Virus record (IMG/VR): IMGVR_UViG_3300049002_000003
Location: 1-60,656 of that record
Strand: one strand, 5' to 3'
Source: a virus
Taxonomy: Duplodnaviria; Caudoviricetes
Length of the DNA: 60,656 bases
Shown: one piece after another, positions 19,806 through 28,903 of the stretch
Position numbering within the stretch: the first letter of the stretch is position 1
How the letters are laid out: every line of letters starts with the position of its first letter
The notes under the pieces: model-generated
Seen by the model: the letters and a program-made list of their open reading frames with translations, nothing else
The model's database searches: none
Told to the model about the DNA's origin: nothing
Made by a program: the position numbers and the translations under genes

Positions 19806-20693
19806 TTATGCCGCTATGCCATTAGCACGCAGGAATCCATCAAAGTCCCCACGGTTCATCTTGCGGACGATCTCGTCATCCGAGAGCGACTGCGGGACGA
19901 CATAGCAGAGGCATTGCGGATGCGGCTTTGGCGGTACGTTGAGGGTCGAGAAGACGCCACGGCCCAACCGCTCATGATCTTCATCGGCATACTCGTTGCA
20001 AATGTCTGCCTTTGGGTGTGAGCCGGACAGATTCCATTGCATTCCAGGCACGAATGGCGAGTCGCTCCAGTACGCAACGCTCGCAGAGTGGTACGAGTTG
20101 TTGAGCTCGGTCCGGCCGAGCCGCATAGCTGCATACGACACTCCCCCACGGACGTTGGGGAGGATGAAGCGCCGGACCTCAGCCGCCATCTCGCGCGCAG
20201 ACAGGCCACGGGCTATCCCGGAGTTGATGAGCCGGTCGATCGTCCCGTCCATCAGCTGTGTGTTCCGGTAGACGCTCTGCGCCAAGACAATCTGGTTTCT
20301 ACCCCCAAGCCTGGCAATCGCACGGTCTAGCGCCAACCTAGCCCCAGCACGAGTGCTGTCTATGAGGGCTGACGCGACGTCAGGCGGTAGACCTCGCAAG
20401 AGGCTCTTCAGATCGAAGTCGGCGCCTTCAATCGCCCGGAGCGCAGCACGCCTTTGCCCATCTGTCGTCGCGTGCCCGATGTCATTCCAAAGCGACCGAC
20501 TAATGGCGGCTGCGTGTTGCCGGAAGAAGGCACGGCGCAGGGAGTCGCTGAAGCTACGCGGCGCATCCCGCAGCACGGCGTCTGCCATAGCTCTCGCCGC
20601 GTCATTGAGAAGTCGCCGCAACTCCGCGTCCGTAACCCGCTGGACGCGCAGGTACCGCAACAGAGTCTCGCGCTTGTCCTCTGGTACCGGCAT
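19806..20693 (-). CDS. MuF/SPP1 gp7-like head morphogenesis protein
   Basis: 'AMRLGRTELNNSYH', 'WNLSGSH...DIC' and 'PPKPHPQCLC' motifs. Confidence 0.85.
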   Translation of the reverse strand: MPVPEDKRETLLRYLRVQRVTDAELRRLLNDAARAMADAVLRDAPRSFSDSLRRAFFRQHAAAISRSLWNDIGHATTDGQRRAALRAIEGADFDLKSLLRGLPPDVASALIDSTRAGARLALDRAIARLGGRNQIVLAQSVYRNTQLMDGTIDRLINSGIARGLSAREMAAEVRRFILPNVRGGVSYAAMRLGRTELNNSYHSASVAYWSDSPFVPGMQWNLSGSHPKADICNEYADEDHERLGRGVFSTLNVPPKPHPQCLCYVVPQSLSDDEIVRKMNRGDFDGFLRANGIAA

Positions 20694-20695
20694 GG

Positions 20696-21082
20696 CTAGC
20701 TCGGCGTTGGTGTCGGAGTCAGAGTTGCCTTTTGGATTGGAGGCAGCGGCCCATTCACTCCTGTGCAGCGGTTGTTGTATGCCTGCCTGTTCGCATTCAC
20801 GATCTTCAGCAGAATGGGGTTGGGCGATGGCGGCAACGGGATTGTCGCCAACGCCTCGAAGGAGCCGCAGTCCTTGTCGATGATTCTGTGGAGCCTAGTC
20901 GTCTCCTGCGACTGGTACAGCAGACCAATTCCGCCCACGAGTACGACGATGACTATCGTGGCTATGAACCACCATGTGCGACGCCGCAACCGCAGGTCCA
21001 CGCGCTCGCCTACCTCCACCAACTCATCGATCGAGTTACCGATTGGAGTCTTCCGGATTGGGCTCACCTTGATCTCCCCCAT
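20696..21082 (-). CDS. Membrane protein (one TM helix, Cys pair, Pro-rich tail)
   Basis: Hydrophobic 'WWFIATIVIVVLVGGIGLLY' segment. Start uncertain. Confidence 0.6.
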   Translation of the reverse strand: MGEIKVSPIRKTPIGNSIDELVEVGERVDLRLRRRTWWFIATIVIVVLVGGIGLLYQSQETTRLHRIIDKDCGSFEALATIPLPPSPNPILLKIVNANRQAYNNRCTGVNGPLPPIQKATLTPTPTPS

Positions 21083-21203
21083 CCTTTCGTTCTATCTGAT
21101 CCGCGCGCTCCGCAACCTCAGCCGACAGTTCCATCAGCTGCTGCGCCCAGCGCCGCATATCTACTCTGGTGTTCTCCACTTCACGCCGAGATAGCCGAGC
21201 CAT
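21036..21203 (-). CDS. Small hypothetical protein (55 aa)
   Basis: Below the ORF-track cutoff. Hand translation MARLSRREVENTRVDMRRWAQQLMELSAEVAERADQIERKDGG... fills the gap between the two membrane genes. Confidence 0.5.
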   Translation of the reverse strand: MARLSRREVENTRVDMRRWAQQLMELSAEVAERADQIERKDGGDQGEPNPEDSNR

Positions 21204-21208
21204 GCTGC

Positions 21209-21481
21209 TCACCTGCGATCATCCAGGATTGTGACTACTCGATTCATCACCCGATTGGACTCAACCATCGCTGGAATGACGCTCTCGCGCAACTCTCGGT
21301 TCAACGCCTCAGAGTCTTCCTGCGCCTTGTCGCGCTGCGCTTTGAGGTCAGCAACAGTCGTCTTGGCGAATGCGATAAGCACCGCGCAAATGACGCCTAC
21401 TGCGCCGAGGTTGATCAGCGGGCCATAGTCGCCTAACCCACCGTCGGCTGCGGCGGCTAACCGCGCCATTGACTCCAACAT
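21209..21481 (-). CDS. Membrane protein (TM helix plus coiled coil, holin-like)
   Basis: 'LINLGAVGVICAVLIAF' followed by a coiled coil; ATG 21481 with a GGGGA RBS. Confidence 0.6.
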   Translation of the reverse strand: MLESMARLAAAADGGLGDYGPLINLGAVGVICAVLIAFAKTTVADLKAQRDKAQEDSEALNRELRESVIPAMVESNRVMNRVVTILDDRR

Positions 21482-21512
21482 TGGTTCCCCCAATCCAGTT
21501 TTGGTTGTTATA

Positions 21513-21770
21513 TCAGTCTGCGAGCTTAGTGCCGGCCGGCGCTTCGGTACCCGGCATGTTGAGCCGGTCGCCAGGCTCGATGGTGAGCGTGAGCTCCTTC
21601 GGCTCTCCCATGTCGCGCCAGTCGTCGGCCGACATCTGGAAGGACGTCTTGCCGTCGGTCTGGTTGAAGTACGCGGTGTCACCGATTGCTCGATGCAGCC
21701 GAACGATCCTCTTGCTACGCGCCAGTCGAGGCATTTGCGGTCGCTCCATTCGTTGCCGGGGTTGTGCCAT
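21513..21770 (-). CDS. Hypothetical protein
   Basis: Overlaps the portal end; 'DDWRDMGEPKELTLTIEPGD' motif. Start uncertain. Confidence 0.55.
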   Translation of the reverse strand: MAQPRQRMERPQMPRLARSKRIVRLHRAIGDTAYFNQTDGKTSFQMSADDWRDMGEPKELTLTIEPGDRLNMPGTEAPAGTKLAD

Positions 21771-23280
21771 TCAGAGTTGCGTCAGCGCGCGCCGCGAATG
21801 GGTCTGCGGCGGTCGGGTCGGAAGCGGCAGGAGTAGCCGACGCGGCAGCAATCTCCTCTGGTGTCATATCGAACCCGAGTTCATGGATCTGGCGGACGGC
21901 CCAAGGCAGCAGCCCAGGAATCACGCCCACTACCGACAAGATGTCCTTGAGCGCGCCGCTGATGTTTGGCGGTAGCTTCGAGCCGAGCGTTGGTACCACG
22001 AGTGCTGTCGGCAGGTTGATCTGCTCATATGCGGACAACCAACCGCGCGCCAAGTCGAAGAACATCTGGGTATGCACATCCGTGACAATGCGGTCCTTCT
22101 TCGCAGCGCTGGCGAGAATGGGACCGAGTTGCATGATCAGGGAGATGCCCGACTCCGCCACGGCGACGTCAACCTTGCCGGCCGCCGCATCGGTCGCGCC
22201 GCTCGCTTCCTTGATCGAGTTGATCAGGAATGCCAGGTGATCTTGGTATGGGTCTAGGTCCTTCACGCCGGTGACCCGGTTGAATGACGAGCCGGTCTTG
22301 AGCTCAATCACGCGACCAGGGCCGAGCTTCCACGACGTCGGCTTCCCTGTGGTCTCATCCCGGGGTGGGCCGCTGTCGGTCGCATACACGCCCAAACCTT
22401 CGAGCGCCAGCGCTAGGTCTTCATCGGACACGCTCTGATTGATGGCCGCTATCACGGTCTCGAAGCCGCGTAGCTCGCTGGAGCCGTACGGGTCGCCTGG
22501 TGTCTCGAAGTTGGGCAAGTGGTAGACCGGCAGCGCTGTGATCTGCGCCGGTAGCGCGGTAGCTGACAGCACCTTAAGTGGCTTCTTCTTTGGGTCACCC
22601 CAGTCGTCCAGCTTCCATATCCCCAGCTGGGAGAAGATGGCCTGGTTGGCGCCGTCTGGGTCATTGAGGGGGTCTGGGCCTTTGCTGTAGCGCTGGACCT
22701 TCAGCCGGACGTCGTTGCCATCTGTGATCTGCTCGATGATGTCGACGCCAATCACACGGTCCACGTCATCCGGATGCGTGATCTTGAAGAATGACCCAGG
22801 ATCAAGCGGCAGAATGGAGATCCGGGAGCCGGCCGGCTTCAGCGGGTTGGCCAAGATATGCCAGCACCAGTCGCCTCGAATGAGACCGAACAGCTTGTTG
22901 GCGTCGAACTTGCTGAGGAAGCGCTCACGCGAGAACAGCTGAGTGAAGGCAGCTTTCGCCAGAGCCAACTCCGTATCGGGCGCCGATAGCGGGTCCACCA
23001 TCCAGTCAAACCCGGTCGCAACATAGCGGTCCATGGTGTTGATCAGGGTCCGCGCTGTCGGAATATAGATCGGCCGCGCACCAGAGCCGCGCTGGATGAT
23101 CTTGAAGGTGTCCGGCACGTTCCAGTAGATCTGCTCATACACCTGGTACGCATCAAGCCTCTGCTGATCGAGGCCGGTCAAGTAGCTCCGCGCGCCACCC
23201 TGCGAGAACTTGGTGCCCAAGAAGTCTCTGAGCGTCGAGTACGGCGTCAGGATAGGGAGCAGCTGGGTCGGTGCCGTCAC
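21715..23280 (-). CDS. Portal protein
   Basis: Follows the terminase; GTG 23280 with a GGGAG RBS; 'LPVYHLPN...GDPYGSSEL' motif. Confidence 0.9.
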   Translation of the reverse strand: MTAPTQLLPILTPYSTLRDFLGTKFSQGGARSYLTGLDQQRLDAYQVYEQIYWNVPDTFKIIQRGSGARPIYIPTARTLINTMDRYVATGFDWMVDPLSAPDTELALAKAAFTQLFSRERFLSKFDANKLFGLIRGDWCWHILANPLKPAGSRISILPLDPGSFFKITHPDDVDRVIGVDIIEQITDGNDVRLKVQRYSKGPDPLNDPDGANQAIFSQLGIWKLDDWGDPKKKPLKVLSATALPAQITALPVYHLPNFETPGDPYGSSELRGFETVIAAINQSVSDEDLALALEGLGVYATDSGPPRDETTGKPTSWKLGPGRVIELKTGSSFNRVTGVKDLDPYQDHLAFLINSIKEASGATDAAAGKVDVAVAESGISLIMQLGPILASAAKKDRIVTDVHTQMFFDLARGWLSAYEQINLPTALVVPTLGSKLPPNISGALKDILSVVGVIPGLLPWAVRQIHELGFDMTPEEIAAASATPAASDPTAADPFAARADATLNGTTPATNGATANASTGA

Positions 23281-23327
23281 GGCAACTCCCTTTCGCTTCG
23301 GTATTTGGGGGTTGGCCCGCAATCCTA

Positions 23328-24794
23328 CTAGGCGGCCATGTCCGCTTCGCTGACGCGCGAGCCGCTGTCGTCTGCCGGCTCACCGAAGTAGCCGATGAAG
23401 AACCGGCCAAGCGCCTCAGGGCAGTGGTCGTCCTTCTTCATGGGCGCCTCAGGAACCTCTTTGCCAGACTCTGCGGCCTCTTGCGCGCTCTTGGGGTAGC
23501 GGTAGTCATTCATCTCACGAATGGTGTTCAGACACTTCCGCGCTACCAGTAGGCGCGGCAACTTCTCCGGGTGCCCATCCTCCAGCCAGGCGTTCCTGGG
23601 CTTTAGTGCGGCCCGAATCAGGCGGAGCCGTGGCCGGAGCTCACCCCCGGTACCGCCCGACGCATTGATCTTCAGGTAGTTCTCCAGCGCCTTCGTGTCA
23701 CCAGGAGAGGCAGGGTCTGGGTAGAACGTCCGGACCGACTGCGGCGCCAGCTGTCGCTCCTGTAGCTCCATGGCGACTTCGTCAATGGTCAGTCCGCTCT
23801 CGTACATCTCATCGATCACATATACGTTGCCGTGGAAGTCGACTTGTATCAGCAGCCAAACAAATGGGTTGGTGAAGCCATAGTCGCACGCCGCGAACAG
23901 CGGCCATTCCGGGTTGTACCGCAGATCCCTTACGTGCATCTCCTCATCGAAGTCCTTGAACACGCGACCAGCGAACTCGGTGAACTTGGCAGCGATCTCC
24001 TGGTTGAACGTCTCGGTCGACAGGTCCAGCAATTGCGAGACGATCTCAGGGTCCACCCCTGAGTCGGCCACTATCTGCGGGGAGAGAGCGCCGGAGCGGA
24101 TGGCATCAGACACCATCTTGATGCCCTTGAGGGTCGCGCCTTTCGGATAGATGATGTTGTTCCGCCACGACGGCATACGCCATGACTCCCACTCATCGTC
24201 TACTTCGGACTGTCCACGCAGCCACAACTCATAGAACCAGTTCTTGCCCTCTGGAGTTGAGCTGAATAGGCTCCAACCCCGGTAGTCCGCCAGCATCGGC
24301 CGGATGTACTTGGTCCAGGTGACCTGCTTCTGCTTCGCGGCCTCCGCCATGATGACGCCGTTGAGCCCTTCGCCCACGAGCCGCTCAGGGTGCTTCGCGG
24401 ACTTCGCCATAACGATGAACTTGCCGCCGTACATCGACAATGCCATGTCGCCGTCGTGCGGGTTGTTGTACGTCCCAGGCCTGTCAAACGGCGCGTCTTG
24501 GGCCCTGAGAGCGTCGTACAGCACCCTGAACTCTTTCTCTGAGTCCGTGTACTCAGGACCCACGATCCAGAACTCTCGGCGCTTCCCAGTCTCGATGAGG
24601 CGCGGCTCCATCAACTTGGTAGCAGCGCTCTCCCGCAACAGGACATGGCCGCCTACTACCGACTTGCCGAGCCGGCGCCCAGCAGCCACGACCTTGTTGC
24701 GTGTCCGACTGCGATAGATGGGCCGCTGCCCGGCGTGCGGGACGTGGCCCGCCTTCCTGAACAGCAACTCTTGGTTGAGAGCGAGCCGACTCAT
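23328..24794 (-). CDS. terL: Terminase large subunit
   Basis: Walker A 'AAGRRLGKS', Walker B-like 'VIMAEAA', 'SSTPEG', nuclease 'DYGFTNP' and 'KKDDHCPEAL'. Confidence 0.95.
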   Translation of the reverse strand: MSRLALNQELLFRKAGHVPHAGQRPIYRSRTRNKVVAAGRRLGKSVVGGHVLLRESAATKLMEPRLIETGKRREFWIVGPEYTDSEKEFRVLYDALRAQDAPFDRPGTYNNPHDGDMALSMYGGKFIVMAKSAKHPERLVGEGLNGVIMAEAAKQKQVTWTKYIRPMLADYRGWSLFSSTPEGKNWFYELWLRGQSEVDDEWESWRMPSWRNNIIYPKGATLKGIKMVSDAIRSGALSPQIVADSGVDPEIVSQLLDLSTETFNQEIAAKFTEFAGRVFKDFDEEMHVRDLRYNPEWPLFAACDYGFTNPFVWLLIQVDFHGNVYVIDEMYESGLTIDEVAMELQERQLAPQSVRTFYPDPASPGDTKALENYLKINASGGTGGELRPRLRLIRAALKPRNAWLEDGHPEKLPRLLVARKCLNTIREMNDYRYPKSAQEAAESGKEVPEAPMKKDDHCPEALGRFFIGYFGEPADDSGSRVSEADMAA

Positions 24795-25435
24795 GCCGGC
24801 TCGGCTTGCTCGCCGGACTGCTCGTCATCCATCTGGAACGTGACCTCTTCGACCGTCTCATCCCACTTGTTCGCCACGATTGCCCGGATGACCTCAGGCA
24901 CCTTCCCGTACACGCGCTCGATGAGAATGTTGGCAGCGCGGAGCCGGACAGCCTCATCGGTGTACTGCGAGAAGGCGAGCTTCGCTACCACTTTGATGGC
25001 GAGCTTCCCGAACTTGGCGAACTCGCCTTCACCACGCCGCAATAGCTCGCTCTGGAACAGCGCCTGGAACTTGCGATTGAGCTCCGGCGGCCGGCCTGAG
25101 AAGTCGCCATCTCGCGTCCGGCATTGCCGCCGAGCTAGCTCCTCATCGTCCAGATCTTGCATGGTTAGCTCGCCATCCAGAAGCATCTGCCACCGGCTCC
25201 GCGAGTTGTCAATCCCAAGTGCGGCCTCTTCTGCCTCGCGCTTCTTCCGCGCTGCGATCCGGGCGCGCCTTTCCTCCAAAGCCCTTTTCCTACCGGCCTC
25301 GAATGCTGCTGCATGTTCGGGCGAGCTAGAGCCACCAGCTCGCCTATTCGGCCGCGTCTTCGTCTTCGCAGGAGGCACTATGCTAATGACTGAAGCTTCA
25401 GCAGCCGGTCTTTGGGGACGCTTGCGATCGGCCAT
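24791..25435 (-). CDS. Putative terminase small subunit
   Basis: ATGA-coupled to terL; helical 'VRLRAANILIERVYGK' motif. Confidence 0.6.
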   Translation of the reverse strand: MADRKRPQRPAAEASVISIVPPAKTKTRPNRRAGGSSSPEHAAAFEAGRKRALEERRARIAARKKREAEEAALGIDNSRSRWQMLLDGELTMQDLDDEELARRQCRTRDGDFSGRPPELNRKFQALFQSELLRRGEGEFAKFGKLAIKVVAKLAFSQYTDEAVRLRAANILIERVYGKVPEVIRAIVANKWDETVEEVTFQMDDEQSGEQAEPA

Positions 25436-25611
25436 GTCTCCATTCCAATCCGAAAGATGTCAAGTTGGAAGGAGTCTATCTGCCGATGGGCTAGATAGCA
25501 CTCAGGCCAGTAGCCGGGTCAATTGCATCAGGGTCGTCCGGCGAGGTACGCACAGCCATGCCTATGCGCTCGCTCTCGGTCGGCTCATGGTCGCTGTCCT
25601 GAATGAGACCA

Positions 25612-25636
25612 GGCCCACCACCATACTCGGTGGGCC
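25612..25636 (-). terminator. Hairpin downstream (minus strand) of the long pentamer array
   Basis: GGCCCACC / GGTGGGCC 8-bp stem with a 9-nt loop. A second stem, ACCGCAT/ATGCGGT, spans 25639-25675. Confidence 0.45.
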
Positions 25637-25675
25637 CGACCGCATTGTCTTCTCCGAATGGTCCGCTCATGCGGT

Positions 25676-26099
25676 AAGCCTAACCGCACACCGCAGCAGA
25701 CCCATGCCTTACCAGAGCCGTACCGAACCGAGCCGTAGCACCGCTTACCAACCCAAACCTCAAACTGCCGTACCGGGCCTACCCTCACCACACCTTGCCT
25801 CGCTCGGCCCAGCACCGGTCGTCCACACCACACTGTTCCACGCCGAGCAGAACCTAGCCGATCCCAGAAGAGCCATTCCACGCCAGCCCCAGGCTTAGCA
25901 TTCCGACCCGACCATTCCACACCTTTGCACACCATACCGAGCCAGACCGGTCCAAACTCCGCCTTGGCACCCCATACCATTACCAGACCTGACCATGCCC
26001 ATCCTGTCCGGGCCGGTCAACGCCAGTCCGTGCACGGGCTTAGCCACCCAGACCTTACCAGACCAATCCCGGGCACGCCATACCGCGCCTTCGCTAGCC
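25676..26099 (-). repeat. Long 5-nt-period array (GGY-NN on the minus strand), about 85 units; candidate guide-type ncRNA
   Basis: Plus strand reads NN-RCC in register, e.g. ttacc agacc tgacc atgcc catcc tgtcc gggcc. Intergenic, with a few 1-nt register shifts. Confidence 0.85.
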
Positions 26100-26288
26100 C
26101 TGCATATCCGTACGAGAAGACCCTACGGGTCACGTCTGTTTGCCGCCCGTAATGCAATCCCAGTTCGTCCCTCGCGTACGCGCGCATCACGGGCGCGACC
26201 GGGCGACGCGCGCTGGCGTAGCGCGCGTGAGGCGCGCGTACAGCCGCGCGGGTCGCGTGAGGCGCGTACGTCGGCGCTGGGTGAGGAG

Positions 26289-26397
26289 TCGCGCGCTCCC
26301 GCGAGAGCAATGGAGTTTCCTACGCGCGTAGGAAGTTTGGCTTCTCTCGCGGACGTACGCGAGACCTGCTGCGCGGCGAGGGGCGTGCGCCCGCGCG
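26289..26397. repeat. Palindromic element copy 1 (related to 45724-45830)
   Basis: TCGCGCGCTCCCGCGA-N13-TCCTACGCGCGTAGGAAG...CGTAC.CGAGACC...GCGCGGCGAG, containing the perfect palindrome TCCTACGCGCGTAGGA. Confidence 0.8.
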
Positions 26398-26496
26398 TTA
26401 GGCCAATTCTCTGCAGCAATATTTCACACATTAGCAAACACGCATTCATGCATTGTTGCCGGCGGGGGCAGGGCCGGCCGACTACGGCCGAGCTAG

Positions 26497-26976
26497 CTAT
26501 GACGCACGCGCATCCAACTGTAGCCAAACTCTCCGACTGCTAATGTGCTGTGGACCCTTGATGACCTTCTCGCGGTGCGTCGTCTCGTCAATGCGAATTA
26601 TCTTGCATTCCAGACGCGGCTTAGCACCAGCCGGCAACGGGATGACCGGCGTCAGCGAGCGCGCCTTAACATGCAGGCTTATGCCTTTTGGCTGATGCCC
26701 ACCAGACAGCGACAGCGCGCCGACTGGATTTGGGCTGGCGGCTTTCTTATGCACTCCGGAGCCCTGCCATGACTCCATCTCAACTCCGCCATAGAAGTCC
26801 TCGAAGTTGCAGTCATAGCGGTAGCTGTACCGCTCTTGGTTCCCGCTGCCACGCCCAGAGCCGAGCCCATCGAACGCACCCCCGGCGGCTGCGGCCGCCA
26901 TAGTGATGAGTATCAAAGCGACCACGACCAGCTGGGTAAACGACATGCCCTGCTGCGCCGGCGCCTGCTTTGCCAC
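26497..26976 (-). CDS. Membrane-anchored hypothetical protein
   Basis: GTG start with a GAGGAG RBS; N-terminal TM helix. Confidence 0.65.
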   Translation of the reverse strand: MAKQAPAQQGMSFTQLVVVALILITMAAAAAGGAFDGLGSGRGSGNQERYSYRYDCNFEDFYGGVEMESWQGSGVHKKAASPNPVGALSLSGGHQPKGISLHVKARSLTPVIPLPAGAKPRLECKIIRIDETTHREKVIKGPQHISSRRVWLQLDARAS

Positions 26977-27051
26977 GGTAGCTCCTCAATTCGGCGCGAC
27001 CCGGTGCCGCGCACAGTTCAACCCTACTGGTTTGCAGCCACTGGAGGGAAC

Positions 27052-27101
27052 CTCCCTCGCCGCGCCGAGACATGCCCCGCCTAGCCCAGCCTCGCCTCGC
27101 A
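27052..27101 (-). repeat. Short GGY-NN pentamer tract (10 units)
   Basis: Plus strand: ctccc tcgcc gcgcc gagac atgcc ccgcc tagcc cagcc tcgcc tcgca; intergenic. Confidence 0.65.
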
Positions 27102-27186
27102 CACGCGCTATGCGGCCTAGTTCCACCGTAGCGGCTGCCGAACCCACTTACCCCGATCCGACTACCCTAGAGGCGCCAGATCTGCC

Positions 27187-27753
27187 CTACGTCGCGTACA
27201 GGGCCGGCCACAGTTGGGCCCGAAGATCTGGGTTCGCCTTCGCCTTCCGCAGCAGAGTGATGGCGTGCCGGGTCGCGTCCCGCGCATGCGGCTGGTCGTT
27301 CGCCAGGTACAACCCCCAGTCCTTCAGCCGGTCGTTCGTCGCCGTCGCCATGGCCTCTGCGGGCTGCTGGAGATAGAACGGGCGGGCAACAGCCCCATGC
27401 GACTCCCCCGGCTCGCGCTTCCCATTCTTCAGGTATCCATAGCCCTTCCGGCAGACGTAGCCGAGCAGGAACTGAAGGTCATGAGGGATGAGAAGCGTGT
27501 CGTCCTGGAGGAACTTGCGCAACACGAACCGCTCCGCCAGTAGCGGAGTCTCGGCCCATGCCTCAAGTAGCGCCAGGATCTCGTCCACCTGCTTGTCGGG
27601 ATCGCCCACGATCTCGCCTTGCGACCAATGCATGATTGATTCGAGGATGAGCACCTTCTTCTCCACCAGAGCCTCTGGCGCGACGCACATCACACTCCAC
27701 CCTGTCGTCCCGCCAGGGTCGAGAGCCAGGAGCGGCGCCCATAACTCCGTCAC
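27187..27753 (-). CDS. RuvC-like Holliday junction resolvase
   Basis: 'LLALDPGGTTGWS', 'AERF' and 'PHARDATRHA' catalytic-type motifs. Confidence 0.85.
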   Translation of the reverse strand: MTELWAPLLALDPGGTTGWSVMCVAPEALVEKKVLILESIMHWSQGEIVGDPDKQVDEILALLEAWAETPLLAERFVLRKFLQDDTLLIPHDLQFLLGYVCRKGYGYLKNGKREPGESHGAVARPFYLQQPAEAMATATNDRLKDWGLYLANDQPHARDATRHAITLLRKAKANPDLRAQLWPALYAT

Positions 27754-28049
27754 GTTTCCTCCGCCCGGACGGCTCGGATCTCGCAGACCACGGCTTGGGT
27801 CGCTGCCTCGCTGATCCGGACCGCATTCATCGTGCCGTCGCTGTCCGGCTCGGCAGACATGATCGTGACGCCGAGCTCAGAGCTAGCGCCGAACGAAGCG
27901 AGCGCGTCACACGCATACCGGTCTGGGTCGATAATGGCACCGGTCTCCATCCAGATGCCAGGAATGACATCGCCAGTCCAGGTCCTGATTACGAACCGGT
28001 ATTGGTAGTGGGCCGGGGTTCGGGCGAGCGAGGCTCCTGGCTTGCGCAT
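27750..28049 (-). CDS. Hypothetical protein
   Basis: Its stop overlaps the RuvC-like start (GTGA). Start uncertain. Confidence 0.5.
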   Translation of the reverse strand: MRKPGASLARTPAHYQYRFVIRTWTGDVIPGIWMETGAIIDPDRYACDALASFGASSELGVTIMSAEPDSDGTMNAVRISEAATQAVVCEIRAVRAEET

Positions 28050-28327
28050 ACATGCACCCATCCGTAGAGTTGGCGAATCAGGCCGCCGCTACAGATGGAG
28101 CAGCGCCAGTTCTCGGGCGTGGTCGGGTTGAGTGGGAAGCTGCTAGCTATCCGCTCGACAGCGACGGCGATGCGCTCTAACGCCGAACCGGCCGACACCA
28201 GGGCCGCATCTGCCTCCTCTGTCAACAGCAGAGTTGAGTCGCCGGTGTGGTCGATCTCGACTGGGTGGAGTTGGATGCCTTCCTCGCGGAGCCGCCTGAT
28301 CTCCCATGCGACGTCGGGCGCTGTCAT
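27989..28327 (-). CDS. Hypothetical protein with C-terminal CxxC...HxC motif
   Basis: ATG 28327 overlaps the upstream TGA. Confidence 0.55.
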   Translation of the reverse strand: MTAPDVAWEIRRLREEGIQLHPVEIDHTGDSTLLLTEEADAALVSAGSALERIAVAVERIASSFPLNPTTPENWRCSICSGGLIRQLYGWVHVCASQEPRSPEPRPTTNTGS

Positions 28328-28614
28328 AGCTCCGGCTCCTGCCCCGACAGCCATTCGCGCGCAGCGGCCTCCGCGTCGGCGCCACTCAGAGCCGCGAAGG
28401 TCTTCCGCGCGCACCAGCCGAGCGTGTTCTGAACCGACCTGACGTAGGCAGTGGCGTAGTGGCAGACCGAGCCCAGACCCCATGGGTAGGCAGAGGCGAC
28501 TCCCTCTGTCGGGCCGACCCAAGTCGGATTGGAGAGATAGCGGTTCGCTGGCTTCTCCTTCGGGCCATCCACCCAGCCGTTCGACTCGCCAATCTCAACG
28601 TGCGGCCGGGACAT
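28324..28614 (-). CDS. Hypothetical protein
   Basis: Tightly packed in the operon. Confidence 0.55.
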   Translation of the reverse strand: MSRPHVEIGESNGWVDGPKEKPANRYLSNPTWVGPTEGVASAYPWGLGSVCHYATAYVRSVQNTLGWCARKTFAALSGADAEAAAREWLSGQEPEL

Positions 28615-28903
28615 TGTGCCTCCGCTCCAGGATCAGCATGCATTTGCCTGTCGGGTGGCCGAGTGCGGTCGTGTCGCGGAAGAGGTTCCGCAGATACCAG
28701 CCGCACGACCCCCAGAACTTGAGCGCGGTCTGGATCGTAGGCGGGTAGTCGCTGATCTCGATAACCACGTAGTCGAATGCGACGTCTTGGTCAGAAAAGT
28801 CCGCATCTTTGTTGTGCGGCTTGATGTTGTACTCCAGACGGCGGACTTCCGCGTCTTCGATGGCTTGCTGCTGTCGGTCCCAATTGCTAAGCCGGCGGAA
28901 CAT
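28595..28903 (-). CDS. Hypothetical protein
   Basis: Tightly packed in the operon; AAGGA RBS. Confidence 0.55.
   Translation of the reverse strand: MFRRLSNWDRQQQAIEDAEVRRLEYNIKPHNKDADFSDQDVAFDYVVIEISDYPPTIQTALKFWGSCGWYLRNLFRDTTALGHPTGKCMLILERRHNVPAAR

Noticed and set aside
17925-20021. Long plus-strand ORFs (also 6946-8352, 30722-32212, 45837-47186, 54332-55804, 56173-58152)
   Set aside because: Antisense shadows of high-GC minus-strand genes, with no recognisable motifs.
25585-25980. 131-aa minus-strand ORF (and the overlapping plus-strand ORF 24645-25898)
   Set aside because: The G/R/W/V-rich sequence is what a GGY-NN array gives when translated; no clear RBS; a 5-nt period does not fit coding selection.
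27010-27050. tRNA-Cys-like anticodon loop (TGG CTGCAAA CCA on the minus strand)
   Set aside because: No acceptor stem, D arm or TTCRA T-loop; more likely promoter sequence (TAGGGT follows).
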